Shown: positions 62,979-64,000 of the stretch, in pieces
Layout of the letters: every line of letters begins with the position of its first letter
Position numbering within the stretch: position 1 is the first letter of the stretch
Assembly: GCA_036785375.1 (NCBI GenBank)
Contig: JAWMAR010000056.1
Span: forward strand, 3,658,001 to 3,722,000
Length of the DNA: 64,000 bases
From: Leucoraja ocellata
Lineage: Eukaryota
Direction: 5' to 3'
Position numbers and translations under genes: made by a program
Notes under the pieces: model-generated
What the model was told of the DNA's origin: nothing
Seen by the model: the letters and a program-made list of their open reading frames with translations, nothing else
Database searches by the model: none

Positions 62979-64000
62979 GTTCTTCCCATCTCTCCCCCCA
63001 TATCTGCCTTCCACAAAGACCGCTCCCTCCATAACTCCCTTGTCAATTCTTCCCTTTCCTCCCGTACCACCCCCTCCCCGGGCACTTTCCCTTGCAACCG
63101 CAAGAAATGCAACACTTGTCCCTTTCCTTCCTCCCTCGACTCCGTTCAAGGACCCAAGCAGTCGTTCCAGGTGCGACAGAGGTTTACCTGCATCTCCTCC
63201 AACCTCATCTATTGCATCTGCTGCTCTAGATGTCAGCAGATCTATATCGGTGAGACCAAGCGGAGGTTGGGCGATCGTTTCGCCGAACACCTCCGCTCGG
63301 TCCATAATAACCAACCTGACCTCCCGGTGACTCAACACTTCAACTCCCCCTCCCACTCCGTATCCGACCTCTCTGTCCTGGGTCTCCTCCGATGGCCAGA
63401 GCGAGCATCACTGGAAATTGGAGGAACAGCACCTCATATTACACTTGGGGAGCCTGCATCCTGGGGGCATGAACATTGAATTCTCCCAATTTTGTTAGTC
63501 CTTGCTGTCTCCTCCCCTTCCTCAGCCCTCCTGCTGTCTCCTCCCATCCCCCAGCCTTCGGGCTCCTCCTCCTTTTTCCTTTCTTCTCCACGCCCCCCCA
63601 CCCCCGATCAGCCTGAAGAAGGGATTCGGCCCGAAACGTTACCTTTTTCCTTCGCTCCATAGATGCTGCTGCACCCGCTGAGTTTCTCCAGCTTTTTTGT
63701 GTACCTTAAACTAAAAGGTTGCTGTTTAAGAAGGAACTGCAGATGCTGGAAAATTGAAGGTAGACAAAAATGCTGGAGAAACTCAGCGGGAGAGGCAGCA
63801 TCTATGGAGCGAAGGAGATAGGCAACGTTTCAGGCCGAAACCCTACATTGGAGGAGCAGCACCTCATATTTTGCTTGGGCTGTTTGCACCCCAGCGGTAT
63901 GAACATTGACCTCTAATTTCAGGTAGTCCTTACTTTCTCCTCCCCTTCTCAGCTCTCCCTCAGCCCTCTGGCTCCACCTCTTCCTTTCTTCCTCCCCCCC
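62979..64000 (+). mobile_element. Penelope-like element 3' part: GIY-YIG endonuclease, hammerhead-bearing terminal repeat, inverted copy and further partial copy
   Basis: SSNLIYCICCSRCQQIYIGETKRRLGDRFAEHLRSV..PVTQHFNSPSHS (IYC..YIG). Core ctgaagaagggattcggcccgaaacgtt at 63613-63640. Inverted terminal repeat at about 63725-63843. Confidence 0.92.

Noticed and set aside
40100-64000. Exons of a neighbouring gene such as INHBB
   Set aside because: No ORF with TGF-beta-family or other host-protein motifs. All recognisable ORFs are transposon-derived. Small exons could have been missed.

Overview
Vertebrate genomic DNA, most likely a cartilaginous fish (skate/ray-like; inferred from HE1/V-SINE-type SINEs, dense CR1 fragments and Penelope-derived repeats). 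The only host gene is RALB on the + strand: four coding exons (5328-5441, 11164-11372, 36611-36788, 37865-37984) splice through GT-AG sites into a 206-aa Ral GTPase, followed by a largely repeat-free putative 3' UTR. The promoter and non-coding first exon are not visible. The rest is mostly transposon-derived: CR1, RTE, RTE-X-like and Rex1/Babar LINE pieces, V-SINEs, Penelope-like (GIY-YIG) fragments, PIF/Harbinger-like and hAT-like TIR elements, and an LTR-like element. There is one 506-N assembly gap. Most notable: (1) a high-copy Penelope-derived short repeat carrying a minimal hammerhead-ribozyme core (CUGAAGA-A-stemII-GAAAC-GUH), often as inverted pairs, several inside RALB introns; (2) a four-tier nested insertion in a RALB intron (CR1 > LTR-like > near full-length RTE-X-like > intact-frame CR1) with recoverable target-site duplications; (3) a non-autonomous retro-element family with a covarying 3' hairpin and different microsatellite tails. 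Repeat family names come from motif recognition only, with no database search, and many repeat boundaries are approximate.
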